Positions 35,166 to 46,561 of a DNA stretch of 64,000 bases are shown one piece after another (the first letter of the stretch is position 1; each line of letters opens with the position of its first letter). The translations under genes and the position numbers were made by a program. Source of the stretch: Thermoanaerobaculia bacterium (GTDB lineage: Bacteria; Acidobacteriota; Thermoanaerobaculia; Multivoradales; JAHEKO01); NCBI GenBank assembly GCA_041567315.1, contig JBFGCA010000002.1:8055-72054 (forward strand). The letters run 5' to 3'. The notes below the pieces were generated by a model that did not search any database, was not told the origin of the DNA, and was given only the letters and a program-made list of their open reading frames with translations.

Positions 35166-35825
35166 ATGCAACGACGGCACGACCAGCACCGCGGGCGGCG
35201 CGCGGCAGCGGCGCGGGGCCGCGGCCTGACCCTGGTCGAGATGGTCGTCATCCTGGCGATCGTCGGGCTGATGGCCACCTTCGGCCTGCCCGCCCTGCAG
35301 CAGGGCCTGGTCCGAACCCGGACCCTCGGCACCACCGGCCAGACCCAGGTCCTCCTGCAGCTCGCCAAGGCGGAGGCGATCCGCAGCAACGTGCCGGGCG
35401 TGGTGCGGCTCGACCTGGCGGGCGGCGAGATCGTCGCCTTCGCCGACGTCCACGGCGTGGCGCTCACCGATCCCCCGGACGGTCTCTTCAACCCCATCGC
35501 CGGCCAGCCCTTCCGTCTCACCGACTGGGAGGTAGGCCGCTTCCGCCTGCCGGCGACCGTCCGCTTCGCGGCCCCGACCGAGCTGCCCGAGGACGTGGTC
35601 GACGGCTTCACGCCGGTGGGCGGCGGCGAGGACGTGGCGATCCTCGACCCCGACGGCTCGGTGCGCGACCTCGGGGCCTTCCGCTTCGCCGACAACCGGG
35701 ACAACTACCTCGAGGTGCGGGTGGCGCCGCAGGCCACCGCCCGCATCCAGGTGCGCAAGTGGGACGAGACGGACAGCGTCTGGCTGGCCCGCGGCGAGGG
35801 GGGTGAACCGTGGTACTGGAACTGA
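35166..35825 (+). CDS. type IV minor pilin / pseudopilin, FimT/GspH-like
   Basis: Prepilin leader RGRG/LTLVEMVVILAIVGLMATFGLP with Glu+5. Start at ATG 35166 (alternative ATG 35154). Confidence 0.7.
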   Translation: MQRRHDQHRGRRAAAARGRGLTLVEMVVILAIVGLMATFGLPALQQGLVRTRTLGTTGQTQVLLQLAKAEAIRSNVPGVVRLDLAGGEIVAFADVHGVALTDPPDGLFNPIAGQPFRLTDWEVGRFRLPATVRFAAPTELPEDVVDGFTPVGGGEDVAILDPDGSVRDLGAFRFADNRDNYLEVRVAPQATARIQVRKWDETDSVWLARGEGGEPWYWN

Positions 35826-35848
35826 CGCCGGGAAGGAGCGAAACAGCG

Positions 35849-36430
35849 ATGCGCAGATCCGACCGCCGCCGCACGGCCGGCTTCACCCTGATCGAGGTCC
35901 TGTTGGGCTTCGCGATCCTGCTGGTGGTCTTCGCCGGGCTGCTGCCGATCTTCACCCGCTCGGTCCTCAACAACGTCGAGGGCCGCGAGTCGACGCAGGT
36001 CAGCAATCTCGGCCGCAGCCAGCTCGAGGACCGGCTGCAGCTGGCCTTCAACTCCTGGGACCTGACCATCGACGCCGGCACCGAGCGCCAGGCCGTCGGC
36101 TACTGGGACGACGGGCTGGCCGACCACCTGGGCGACGAGGAGTGGTCGGACGACGCCGGGCAGGCGCCCACCGCCCTCTGGGTGCGCACCACCACTGTCC
36201 GCCAGTACGGGATCAACGGGGTGCGCGACAACGACCTCGACGGCATCCTGGACGAGATCGTCGGCCTTCAGGACGCCGACCGCGACGGTCACTTCGACAA
36301 CCCGCTGGCGGCCGGCACGCCGCCGATCAACATCCACCTCAAGGACGTCGAGGTCCAGCTCCAGAACCAGGCCAATCTCAGCCCCGGGGAGCCCATCGAG
36401 CTGACCCTCTACGCCTACAAGGCCTTCTGA
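35849..36430 (+). CDS. type IV minor pilin, PilV-like
   Basis: GGAAGGAG RBS. MRRSDRRRTAGFTLIEVLLGFAILLVVFAGL prepilin leader (G/FTLIE). Confidence 0.7.
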   Translation: MRRSDRRRTAGFTLIEVLLGFAILLVVFAGLLPIFTRSVLNNVEGRESTQVSNLGRSQLEDRLQLAFNSWDLTIDAGTERQAVGYWDDGLADHLGDEEWSDDAGQAPTALWVRTTTVRQYGINGVRDNDLDGILDEIVGLQDADRDGHFDNPLAAGTPPINIHLKDVEVQLQNQANLSPGEPIELTLYAYKAF

Positions 36431-36443
36431 GGAAGCGCCGCCG

Positions 36444-37760
36444 ATGACCGCCCGACTCAACGCCCCTCGCCCCGCCGGCCGGCGCGCCGCCGGCTTCACC
36501 CTGGTGGAAACCCTGGCCGCCCTGACGGTGACGGTGATCCTGGTCCTCGCCCTGCTCCAGGTGTTCGACGCCAACAACGAGCTGGCGCGGGTGCAGACCC
36601 AGGTCGCCGACATGCAGCAGTCGCTGCGGGTGGCGCAGACCGAGGTCATGCGGCTGGCGAGGATGACCGGCCGCGGCGGCCTGCCGGCGGTGGTCGCCGG
36701 CACCAACACCGCGCTGCCCGGCTCGGCGATGACGGTCGCCGACAACGTCGCCGACGGCACCGAGATCGCGCCCGGCGTGGCGGGGTCGCCGACCGTCAGG
36801 GCCGGGACCGACGTGCTCACCCTGCGCGGGGTGTTCCGCAGTCCGGTCTACCAGCTCGCCGCCACCGGCGCCTACACCCTGTTCGACGGCGCCGGCGCGC
36901 TGACCACCAACCCCGCCCAGGCGGCGACCGGCGTGCTCCTGGTCCAGGATCCCAGCCCGACGACCGGCCTGCCGCAGGACCTGACGCCACTGGCGGACGC
37001 CGTCACCGGCGGCTTCACCGAGGCGCTGGTGCTGGTCGACGTCACCGCCGACACCACCTTCGCGGTGGTGGAGCTGGACCCGGCCAACAGCACGGTGGCG
37101 GCCGGTCAGGTAACGCTCGCCTTCTTCGTCCAGGGCGGCAGCCACCCCGAGTACGCCACCCTCTACCGGACCGCCGGCAACCCGCCGCAGCTGCCGGCCG
37201 GACTGCGCAACCCGGCCCTGGTGGGCATCCTCGAGGAGGTGCGCTTCTACGTGCGCGACGGCGACTCGCCGACCCTGTCGACGGCCCGCATGTTCCCCGC
37301 CACCCAGGTGCCGCACAGTGGCACCGTGGCCGACACCCGGCTCGACCTGGCCGACAACGTGGTCGAGTTCCAGGTCGCCCTGGGCTTCGACAGCACCCTG
37401 GGAGCGCCGCTCCAGGACCGCAACGCCGACGGCCGGGTCGACGAGGGGGACATCGTGCTGACCGAAACCGCCGACGGCAGCGGCGACGACTGGTTCTTCA
37501 ACTCGACCGAGGACGACGACACCGCCGCGCCGTGGTCGCCGCCGTGGGACGACGACGACGCCACCGCCACGCCGCCGCGCCCCGACCTGTTCTACCTGCG
37601 GGTCAACACCCTGGCCCGCACCCAGCGCCCTGAGCGCAACTACCAGGCGCCGATCGTCGTGGCCCTCGAGAACGGCGATCCGACGCTGCTCAACACGACG
37701 GCCGGGCGCCAGTTCCGGCGCCAGCTGCTGACCACCGTCATCGACCTGAGGAACCTCTGA
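36444..37760 (+). CDS. type IV minor pilin, PilW-like (large)
   Basis: MTARLNAPRPAGRRAAGFTLVETLAALTVTVILVLALL prepilin leader. 438 aa, as for PilW-family minor pilins. Confidence 0.65.
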   Translation: MTARLNAPRPAGRRAAGFTLVETLAALTVTVILVLALLQVFDANNELARVQTQVADMQQSLRVAQTEVMRLARMTGRGGLPAVVAGTNTALPGSAMTVADNVADGTEIAPGVAGSPTVRAGTDVLTLRGVFRSPVYQLAATGAYTLFDGAGALTTNPAQAATGVLLVQDPSPTTGLPQDLTPLADAVTGGFTEALVLVDVTADTTFAVVELDPANSTVAAGQVTLAFFVQGGSHPEYATLYRTAGNPPQLPAGLRNPALVGILEEVRFYVRDGDSPTLSTARMFPATQVPHSGTVADTRLDLADNVVEFQVALGFDSTLGAPLQDRNADGRVDEGDIVLTETADGSGDDWFFNSTEDDDTAAPWSPPWDDDDATATPPRPDLFYLRVNTLARTQRPERNYQAPIVVALENGDPTLLNTTAGRQFRRQLLTTVIDLRNL

Positions 37761-38320
37761 TGCATCGACGCCGCGCCCCCGCCGCCGCCGGCAGCACCTA
37801 CATCCTGGCGCTGCTGGTCCTGCTGGTCCTGACCATCGCCGGCCTGACGCTGTCGCTGCTGACCCAGAGCGAGATGCAGATCGGTCTCAACGAGCGGCTC
37901 AGCCAGCGCGCCTTCTACGCCGCCAACTCGGGCGTCGACCTGTCGATCGTCAAGGCGCTGGTTATCCCCGACCTGCGCTCGATGCGGCTCGACGTGGTGG
38001 AACCGACCGAGTTGCCCGGGCTCAACGTCCGGCACCGGCTGGACATGTCGCCCTTCGTGCCGCTGTTCTCGGCGCCCTGCAACCTCTGCCAGATCAACCA
38101 GGACGTGCCGTTCGACCGCGTCAACCACCTGGTGGCGGTCACCGCCACCCGCATCGCCTGGACCGGCGCTCCCGACAACCCGCCCGCCGACCCCACCCCG
38201 CTGGCCCAGAAGCGGCTCGGCGTCCAGGTCGCCTTCCAGCCCTGGATGCGGCAGACCGGGGCCCGCATCGACGCCCTGCGCGATCCCCACAACCGCGGCG
38301 GCCTCAAGGACGCCATCTGA
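37760..38320 (+). CDS. type IV minor pilin, PilX-like
   Basis: ATGA overlap with the upstream gene. N-terminal GSTYILALLVLLVLTIAGLTLSLL hydrophobic segment of PilX-type proteins, without a canonical G/F motif. Position between pilW-like and pilY1-like genes. Confidence 0.55.
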   Translation: MHRRRAPAAAGSTYILALLVLLVLTIAGLTLSLLTQSEMQIGLNERLSQRAFYAANSGVDLSIVKALVIPDLRSMRLDVVEPTELPGLNVRHRLDMSPFVPLFSAPCNLCQINQDVPFDRVNHLVAVTATRIAWTGAPDNPPADPTPLAQKRLGVQVAFQPWMRQTGARIDALRDPHNRGGLKDAI

Positions 38321-38367
38321 GTCCCGCCGGCGCCGTCCCTCCCCGCGCGGCCTCCAAGGAGTCGAAG

Positions 38368-41300
38368 ATGAAAGACCACCGATCCCACCACCGAACGGAC
38401 GCCGCCGCGACGGCCACCGCCGCGCTGGCGGCCGTGCTCCTGCTGCTGGCCGGCGCCGCCGGCGCCGACGACCGCGACCTGGTGCGCGAGGGGGGCCGCG
38501 AGCCCTACGTGATGGTGCTGTTCGACGTCTCGGGCTCGATGAACTGGCAGCCGCCCAACGAGGCGCTGGGCATCCCCGGCGACGCCTGGGCGCCGGGCTA
38601 CGGCGACGACCCCAACTCCAAGTTCTACCAGGCCAAGTCGGCGCTGTTCAAGGTGCTCAGCGACCCGGCGCTCAAGGACGTCTTCTGGGGGTTCTCGACC
38701 TACAACCAGGACAACGTGCGGGTCTACCGCAAGCACTGGCTCTATACGCCGCTCGAGACCCCGCCCTGGGTGACCAGCGACCTGCTGCCCTACCCGCAGC
38801 CCGGCGATCCCAAGCACTTCGGCGACGACTGCATGGACGACGCCGACGCCGACACCGGCTGCGACCTGGACTCCAACGACATCCACGGCTCGTGCGAGAG
38901 CCCCCGCGACGTCGACGACCCCGAACAGTTCGGCGAGCTGCTGAGCTTCCCGGTGCTGGACGACGACGGCGGCACCGACACCGTCGAGTGGGTGCGGCAC
39001 AACGGGCGGATCTTCCAGCTCACCTGGGACCTGGTCAGCGGCCCGATGGGGGCCGACACCCTGCGGGTGCGGATCACCCTCCAGGAGCACGCGCCCGACG
39101 GCGACGACGACGGCACCGCCTGCGACGGGCCGATCGGCGGCGCCCAGACCTTCACCGCCGACTACGGCCCGGTCTACACCGAGGACAACAACGGGCTGCC
39201 GCTGCCGGGGTCGAACCAGGTGCTGTTCTGGCAGATCGACGACGAGACCGACGCCGCCGGCAACCCGGGCGGCTTCTTCGACCCCGACGACACCCGGGCC
39301 ACCAACACCTGCGCCGGCTGGGAGGGCAACGACGACTCGGCCGCCGACGCTACGGTGGGCGTCAACCTCAAGTACCAGACCACCGCCGATCCGGACGCCC
39401 GCCACGCCTTCGCCTTCGACCGCGGCGACGTCATCCCGCTCGACTGGAAGAGCGAGGAGGTGTGGGGCGAGTCCAGCCGCGACCTCATGCTGCGGCGGCT
39501 GGCGCCCAACTTCAATCCCGACACCCCCAGCATCTTCCCCGACTTCCGGGTGGCGACCTACTTCCAGGACCACCCCGACTCGATCACCAACGGGCGGCTC
39601 GAGCTGCGCTCGCAGTTCGTCAACACACCGCCGCTGCTGCCCAGCGGCTCGACCCCGATCGGCAACTCGATGCGCGACTTCATGAACTGGTACGACCAGT
39701 GGCATCCGGTGGCCACCGGCGCCAGTGGCGACGAGTTCCTGGGCTGCCGCTCGGTCAACGTGCTGGTCCTCACCGACGGCGACGAGACCTGCTACGGCGG
39801 CAGCACGACCGGCCAGACCGACAGCCAGGGCGACGCCAACCCCTGCTGGATCGCCGAGCGGCTGCTCGAGGAGAGCGGCCGTGACATCCGCACCTTCGTG
39901 ATCGGCTTCGGGGTGCAAGGGGGGACCTCCAACTTCCTCGACTGCATCGCCGAGAAGGGTGGCACCGACGCCATCGACATCGACGGCGACGGGGAGATCG
40001 ACATCACCGGACCGATCCTGCCGGGCAACGAGCAGGAGCTGGTCGACGCCCTGCGCCAGGTGATCTCGGCGATCCGCGGCCGCCCGCGCTCCTTCGCCTC
40101 GGCGGCGGTGCCGCAGGGGCAGGCCAACGTCCGCGACAAGGTCTTCCTGACCAGCTTCCTGCCGCTCAACGGCGAGCCGATCTGGCGCGGGCGGGTGGAC
40201 GCCTTCCTGCGGCCGGTGCCGCTCACCGAGATCGACGTCGAGCTGCCCGACGGCAGCGTCGAGACCCGCCTGGTCCCGGACACCTCGCGCGTCTGCGGAC
40301 CCAGCGACGAGAGCGAGTGCCACCTGTGGGACGCCGGGACCGAGCTGCTCGACGAGCAGGCCGCCAGCGACACCCAGATCGGCGACGGCTCGTTCAACCT
40401 CGGCAGCGGCGAAGGACAGCGGCGCACCTACTACTCGATCGACCGCGGCGGCAGCCTGATCCCCGACCAGCGGCGCTTCTTCAAGGCACCGGTCAGCGAC
40501 GAGCAGTGGCAGGACCTGCTCTACGGGATGGAGATCTGCGCGCCCGGCGACACCGCCTGCGCGGCGCTGTCCACCCGGCGGGACCGAGCGACCGAGGTGC
40601 TCGAGTTCACCCACCAGGTCAAGACCGCGGCCGACCCCGAAAACCCCGGCGAGATGATCGAGTATCTGCTGGGCGACGTCTTCCACTCCGACCTGCGGGT
40701 GGCCGGCAACCCCGAGAACTTCCAGTACTGGGTGTCCGACGTCGGGGGCAGCGGCACCCTGCCGCTGGAGCAGCCCTGCGCCACCTCGCCCGACGGCTAC
40801 CGGTGCTTCTTCGACATGCAGCGGCTGCGACGCCGGATGCTGGTGGCCGGCTCCAACGACGGCCAGCTCCACGCCTTCGACGCCGGCGTCTTCCGCGGCT
40901 CGTGCCAGCTCAGCCCGGTGACCAATCAGCAGGTGGTGGTCGGCGAGTTCGACAACGGCACCGGCCGGGAGCTGTTCTCCTACGTGCCGCGGCCGGCGCT
41001 GCCCACCCTCAAGGAGCTCAAGGACGGCCGCGAGCACCGCTTCTCGGTCGACGGGGCGGCAGCCTTCGGCGACGCCTTGATCGACCCCATCCACGGCGGC
41101 AGCCCGAACGCCGACGAGCGCGAGTGGCGGAGCCTGCTGGTCGCCGGGCTGCGCGAGGGCGGCAGCGGCTACTACGCTCTCGACGTCACCCAGCCGGACG
41201 ATCTCGACGACTGCGACGGCACGCCGGTGCTCCCCAAGCCGCTGCCTGGAACGCTGTCCTACGTGCCTTCCTGTCTCAACGGCGCCTGCGGCACCCTGCC

Positions 41301-42552
41301 CTTCCCGTCGCTGCTGTGGGAGTTCAACGACGACCGCGAGTGCGCGATCGAGCTGCCCGACGGCCGCTGCGACGACGACGCCGACGGCCGGCCCGACTTC
41401 GCCGACAGCTGGTCGATCCCCAACCTGGGCCGGGTCCGGGTGCTGGAGTCGGTGGGCGGCGAGGACGTGATCCGCGACCGCTACGTGGCGGTGGTGGGCG
41501 GCGGCATGGACGTCGCCGCCAAAGGGCTGCCGGTGGCGGGCGGCAACTTCGTGTTCATGATCGACGTCGAGACCGGCCGGGCGCTCTACAAGCGTCGCCT
41601 GCCGGCGCCGGCGCCCGGCCGCCGGGTGGGCTCGGCGGCCAGCGAGCCGGCGGCGGTCGACACCAACCAGGACGGCTATCTGGACACCGCCTACATCGGC
41701 ACCACCGAGGGTCTGCTCTACAAGGTGGACATGAGCCAGCCGGTGGCGGTCGAGGACGTGAGCGGCATCGGCGAGCGGATCCTGGCCGAGGAATGGGACC
41801 CGTTCCCGGTGTTCGACACCGGCGGCCGCCCGATCTACTTCCCGCCGGCGGTGGTCTTCGTCGCCGAGCTCGGCCAGTACGCCCTCGCCTTCGGGACCGG
41901 CGACCGCGAGGACCTGTGGGAGACCACCGACCAGGAGGGGCGCCTCTACATGATTCTCGACCGCGACTTCCGGCGCGACGGCTTTGTCCTCGACGGAACG
42001 CTGCCCAAGAAGGAGAGCGACTTCCAGGCCATCCCGGCCGACGGTCAGCCCAACAGCTCCGACTTCCTGCGCAACACGCCGTTCGGCTGGTTCATCCGCC
42101 TGGCCGACGAGGAGCGGGTCATCACCCGCGCCTTCTCGCTGGCCGGGATCACCGTCTTCTCCTCCTTCCAGCCCGACGAGCGGGTAAGCCAGGACGGCAC
42201 CGTCTGCCTGCGCCGCGGCAACAGCCGGGCGTTCGTGGTCACCACCACCAACGCCAACGCGCTGCTCAGCTCGGGCAGCCGGTACTTCGTGATCCGCGGC
42301 GGCTTCCTGTCGCCACCCTTCGCCGAGACCGGCATCACCAAGAACCCGGCCAGCGGCAGCGGCGGCGACACCGCCGACGACCTGCCCGACAACCTCAACG
42401 AGGTGCTGCAGGAGCTCAAGAAGATGTTCCCGCGGAACTGCCGCTTCGCCAACTACACGATCAACATCAAGGCGGTGCGCGACGACACCGGGATCGAGTT
42501 CCTGGCGGCGGTGCCGGTGTGCACCGTGCAGAGTCAGTGGAAGGACTTCTGA
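38368..42552 (+). CDS. PilY1-like tip adhesin with N-terminal VWA domain and C-terminal beta-propeller
   Basis: 1394 aa with signal peptide. VWA MIDAS motif VMVLFDVSGSMNW. C-terminal PilY1-like region (VAGSNDGQLHAFDAG, GGSGYYALDVTQPDD) and acidic Ca-binding-like loops (DDDADGRPDFADSW). Confidence 0.8.
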   Translation: MKDHRSHHRTDAAATATAALAAVLLLLAGAAGADDRDLVREGGREPYVMVLFDVSGSMNWQPPNEALGIPGDAWAPGYGDDPNSKFYQAKSALFKVLSDPALKDVFWGFSTYNQDNVRVYRKHWLYTPLETPPWVTSDLLPYPQPGDPKHFGDDCMDDADADTGCDLDSNDIHGSCESPRDVDDPEQFGELLSFPVLDDDGGTDTVEWVRHNGRIFQLTWDLVSGPMGADTLRVRITLQEHAPDGDDDGTACDGPIGGAQTFTADYGPVYTEDNNGLPLPGSNQVLFWQIDDETDAAGNPGGFFDPDDTRATNTCAGWEGNDDSAADATVGVNLKYQTTADPDARHAFAFDRGDVIPLDWKSEEVWGESSRDLMLRRLAPNFNPDTPSIFPDFRVATYFQDHPDSITNGRLELRSQFVNTPPLLPSGSTPIGNSMRDFMNWYDQWHPVATGASGDEFLGCRSVNVLVLTDGDETCYGGSTTGQTDSQGDANPCWIAERLLEESGRDIRTFVIGFGVQGGTSNFLDCIAEKGGTDAIDIDGDGEIDITGPILPGNEQELVDALRQVISAIRGRPRSFASAAVPQGQANVRDKVFLTSFLPLNGEPIWRGRVDAFLRPVPLTEIDVELPDGSVETRLVPDTSRVCGPSDESECHLWDAGTELLDEQAASDTQIGDGSFNLGSGEGQRRTYYSIDRGGSLIPDQRRFFKAPVSDEQWQDLLYGMEICAPGDTACAALSTRRDRATEVLEFTHQVKTAADPENPGEMIEYLLGDVFHSDLRVAGNPENFQYWVSDVGGSGTLPLEQPCATSPDGYRCFFDMQRLRRRMLVAGSNDGQLHAFDAGVFRGSCQLSPVTNQQVVVGEFDNGTGRELFSYVPRPALPTLKELKDGREHRFSVDGAAAFGDALIDPIHGGSPNADEREWRSLLVAGLREGGSGYYALDVTQPDDLDDCDGTPVLPKPLPGTLSYVPSCLNGACGTLPFPSLLWEFNDDRECAIELPDGRCDDDADGRPDFADSWSIPNLGRVRVLESVGGEDVIRDRYVAVVGGGMDVAAKGLPVAGGNFVFMIDVETGRALYKRRLPAPAPGRRVGSAASEPAAVDTNQDGYLDTAYIGTTEGLLYKVDMSQPVAVEDVSGIGERILAEEWDPFPVFDTGGRPIYFPPAVVFVAELGQYALAFGTGDREDLWETTDQEGRLYMILDRDFRRDGFVLDGTLPKKESDFQAIPADGQPNSSDFLRNTPFGWFIRLADEERVITRAFSLAGITVFSSFQPDERVSQDGTVCLRRGNSRAFVVTTTNANALLSSGSRYFVIRGGFLSPPFAETGITKNPASGSGGDTADDLPDNLNEVLQELKKMFPRNCRFANYTINIKAVRDDTGIEFLAAVPVCTVQSQWKDF

Positions 42553-42578
42553 GTGGAGGCCACCGGAAAGGAGCGCCG

Positions 42579-43289
42579 ATGAACCCGAGCATCGTCTGGC
42601 TGGCAGCGCTCGCCGCCCTGCTGCCGGCCGCCGCCGCCGCCGACTGGCTGGTGACCCGCGACGGCGACCGGCTCGAGACCCGCGGACCGTGGGAAGTGCG
42701 CGGCCGGCTGGTGGTCTTCACCTCGGCTGCCGGCACCCTTTCCTCGCTGCGCCTGGACGAGGTCGACCTCGAGGCCAGCCGGGAGGCCACCCGCGAGGCC
42801 GCGGCGCCGCCGCCGCCGGCCGCCGCGGAGCCGCCGGCCGCGCCGCCGCGGCCGGCGCTGGTGCTCACCGACCGGGACGTGGCCCACGTGCCGCGGGCGG
42901 CCGCGGCGGCGGCCGCCGAGCCCGCACCCGACGCCGGGCCGCCGCCGGACGAGCGGACCGCGGGCGGCAAGCTGGTGGTCACCGCCTGGAGCGACCGCCT
43001 CGACCTCGACGCCGGCCAGCTGGAGATCACCGGCAGCCTGCGCAACCCGGGACCCGACGTGGCCACCCGGATCGAGCTCCAAATCCTGCTCTACGCCGCC
43101 TCCGGGACGCTCGTCGAGCGCACCGCCGCCGAGCTCGAGCGCCAGGTGCTGCCGGCCGGCGAGAGCACCGGGTTCGTGGCCACCTTCCCCATCTCCACCA
43201 GCTTCGCGGCGGTCCGCTTCGACGTCCGTAGCCGCGGCTTCCTCGGCCGGCGGGCGGAGCCGGACGGCGAGGAAGCGCCGGACGGCTGA
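42579..43289 (+). CDS. secreted hypothetical protein (signal peptide, Pro/Ala-rich linker, C-terminal beta-rich domain)
   Basis: GGAAAGGAG RBS and ATG at 42579, 27 nt after the pilY1-like stop. MNPSIVWLAALAALLPAAAAADW signal. Good third-position GC codon bias. No recognised family. Confidence 0.5.
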   Translation: MNPSIVWLAALAALLPAAAAADWLVTRDGDRLETRGPWEVRGRLVVFTSAAGTLSSLRLDEVDLEASREATREAAAPPPPAAAEPPAAPPRPALVLTDRDVAHVPRAAAAAAAEPAPDAGPPPDERTAGGKLVVTAWSDRLDLDAGQLEITGSLRNPGPDVATRIELQILLYAASGTLVERTAAELERQVLPAGESTGFVATFPISTSFAAVRFDVRSRGFLGRRAEPDGEEAPDG

Positions 43290-43313
43290 ACGCCCGCCGC
43301 GGAGATGCCCGGC

Positions 43314-44600
43314 TCAGGGAGCCGGCGCCGGGGCGGCGGCAGCCTCGGCGGCCGGCGCTCGCTCGCGGGGACTGACCACCCGGAAGCGGCGCACCTGGCT
43401 CCACGGTCCGCGGACGCCCTCGCGCCCGAAGGCCGCCACCCGCCACAGGAAGATGCCGTCGCCCTGCACCCCCAGGGTGGCCGAGGTCTTGGCGCGGTCC
43501 TCGACGTCGATGACGTTGTCCACGAAGAGCCGGTTGCGGGCCACCTGCAGGGCGTAGCGCCGGGCGCCGTCGACCGGCTCCCAGCTCAGCACCAGCCGCG
43601 GTGACCCCTCGAGCTGCAGCTCCAGGTTGTCGGGCGGCTCGATCGGCACCGGGGCCCTGGGCAGCGGTTTGGGCTGCGACAGCGCCGCCCCGCTCTGCTC
43701 CACCTGCTCGAGGGCACGGACCGCCCGCCGCTCGCCGTTCGAGGTCACCTCCAGTTCGCCCCGGTAGGCCGCGAAGCGGCTCACCCGGGCGCGCCCGTCG
43801 TAGGCGATCACCGCGCTCGACTCGCGGCGCACCCGAGCCTCGGCCCCCGGGGTCTTGACCCGGCTGGCGCTCCGCGAAGTGCTCAGGTCCACCCACCCGA
43901 ACTCGAGGTCGATGCCGCGCTCAGCGCCCCGGCCCAGCCCCTGCCGCTCGCGGCCGATCAGGATGACGGTGTCCGAGCGCACGGTGTAGAGGGTGCCGTC
44001 GACGGTCATGATCTCGGCCGAGCCGCCGCCCGAGGTCTTGACGTAGTCGCCCGGCTGCAGGCTGACGCGGCTGCGCGCCTGCTGCCAGGCGCCGCGCTCG
44101 CCGCGCCGGAACTCGACGCCCCCTTCGACGGCGATGAACCTCGCCTCGCCGCTCGCCCCCTGTCGGCGGATCGCGTCGAGGATCGAGGTCAGCAGGCCTC
44201 GGCTGCGCTCGGCCTGCCGCAGCGCCTCGCGCAGCTCGCCCGCCTGCTGGTGCTCGCGCGCTTCTTCGAGGCTGCCGCGGGCGGCGTCGTACTCGCTGCG
44301 GTACTCGTCAATCCGCGACTCGAGACGCAGCGTCTGATAGAGACCGCGCGACTCGGCGAGCAGACGCTCCACCCGCCCCGCCAGCAGCTGCCGCTCGACC
44401 ACCTTGTAGGTCACGAAGGCGAGCCCGGTCACCACCAGGAGCACCAGGCAGCCGACCCATCCCCGCAGGGTGTCGGCCGAGACCGTGTACCAATCGATGT
44501 TGCGCTGGCGCTGGGGCGAGGCGGCCACCTGACCCGATTCTCCGCAGGACCCGCCGGCACTATACAGGACGCCCCTCGACCCTCCTGTGGCCCGTCGCAC
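43314..44600 (-). CDS. FecR-domain membrane protein with C-terminal FN3/Ig-like domain
   Basis: TM WVGCLVLLVVTGLAFVTY. FecR-domain core LQPGDYVKTSGGGSAEIMTVDGTLYTVRSDTVILIG. C-terminal W...YALQV beta-sandwich-like region. Confidence 0.68.
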   Translation of the reverse strand: MRRATGGSRGVLYSAGGSCGESGQVAASPQRQRNIDWYTVSADTLRGWVGCLVLLVVTGLAFVTYKVVERQLLAGRVERLLAESRGLYQTLRLESRIDEYRSEYDAARGSLEEAREHQQAGELREALRQAERSRGLLTSILDAIRRQGASGEARFIAVEGGVEFRRGERGAWQQARSRVSLQPGDYVKTSGGGSAEIMTVDGTLYTVRSDTVILIGRERQGLGRGAERGIDLEFGWVDLSTSRSASRVKTPGAEARVRRESSAVIAYDGRARVSRFAAYRGELEVTSNGERRAVRALEQVEQSGAALSQPKPLPRAPVPIEPPDNLELQLEGSPRLVLSWEPVDGARRYALQVARNRLFVDNVIDVEDRAKTSATLGVQGDGIFLWRVAAFGREGVRGPWSQVRRFRVVSPRERAPAAEAAAAPAPAP

Positions 44601-44636
44601 ACCTTGCCGCGGTCGGGCGCGACGTATCTAGTGGCC

Positions 44637-45956
<1,320 letters not shown>

Positions 45957-46005
45957 CCTACCGCCCGACCTCCGCTCGTATAATCGCCCTTCGGAGCGGC
46001 GCGGC

Positions 46006-46548
46006 ATGGAGATCGAAGACGCCCTCGACCGCCTCGATCTGGACATCAAGCGGCTCAAGATCGATTGGGAGCGGTTCTTCAACGGCAACCTGCCGATCCC
46101 GCCCGAGCAGCTCCGCTACAACATCGCGGGCCAGGTGCAGGGCCTGCGCTCGACCCACATCCGCTCGCTGGCCCACCGCTTCCGCCTCAACAACCTGGAG
46201 GCCAAGTTCAACACCCTGAGCGTGCTCTTCAACCGGCGGCTCCGGCAGCGCGAGATGGGACTGGGGCCGCCGGTGCGGACGGCAGCGGCCGCCGCGCCCC
46301 GCTACGACGCGCAGCAGGGAATCGTCATCGACGACGGCTCGCCCACCGACGCCCTGCAGGCGCTCTACGACCGGCTCTACGCCGACCGCGAGCGGCCCGG
46401 CACCGACCTGGCCCGGTTCCGCTCCTACATCCTCGGACAGGCCACCAAGATCCGCCGCAAGACGGGGTGCTCGCGGGTGCAGTTCCGGGTGGCCGTGGAG
46501 CGCGGCCGGCTCAAGCTCAAGGCCAAGGGGCTGCCCGGCGAGCAGTAG
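46006..46548 (+). CDS. hypothetical protein
   Basis: ATG 46006 with GGAG RBS and a TATAAT hexamer at about 45978. MEIEDALDRLDLDIKRLKIDWERFFNGNLPIPPEQLRYNIAGQ... No family recognised; basic C-terminus. Confidence 0.45.
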   Translation: MEIEDALDRLDLDIKRLKIDWERFFNGNLPIPPEQLRYNIAGQVQGLRSTHIRSLAHRFRLNNLEAKFNTLSVLFNRRLRQREMGLGPPVRTAAAAAPRYDAQQGIVIDDGSPTDALQALYDRLYADRERPGTDLARFRSYILGQATKIRRKTGCSRVQFRVAVERGRLKLKAKGLPGEQ

Positions 46549-46561
46549 TCGGACTTGCCCC

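Noticed and set aside
43305-43604. Plus-strand ORFs (43305-43604, 43601-43858) downstream of the small secreted protein
   Set aside because: They are antisense to the FecR-domain gene, with low-complexity Arg/Pro/Gly-rich translations.
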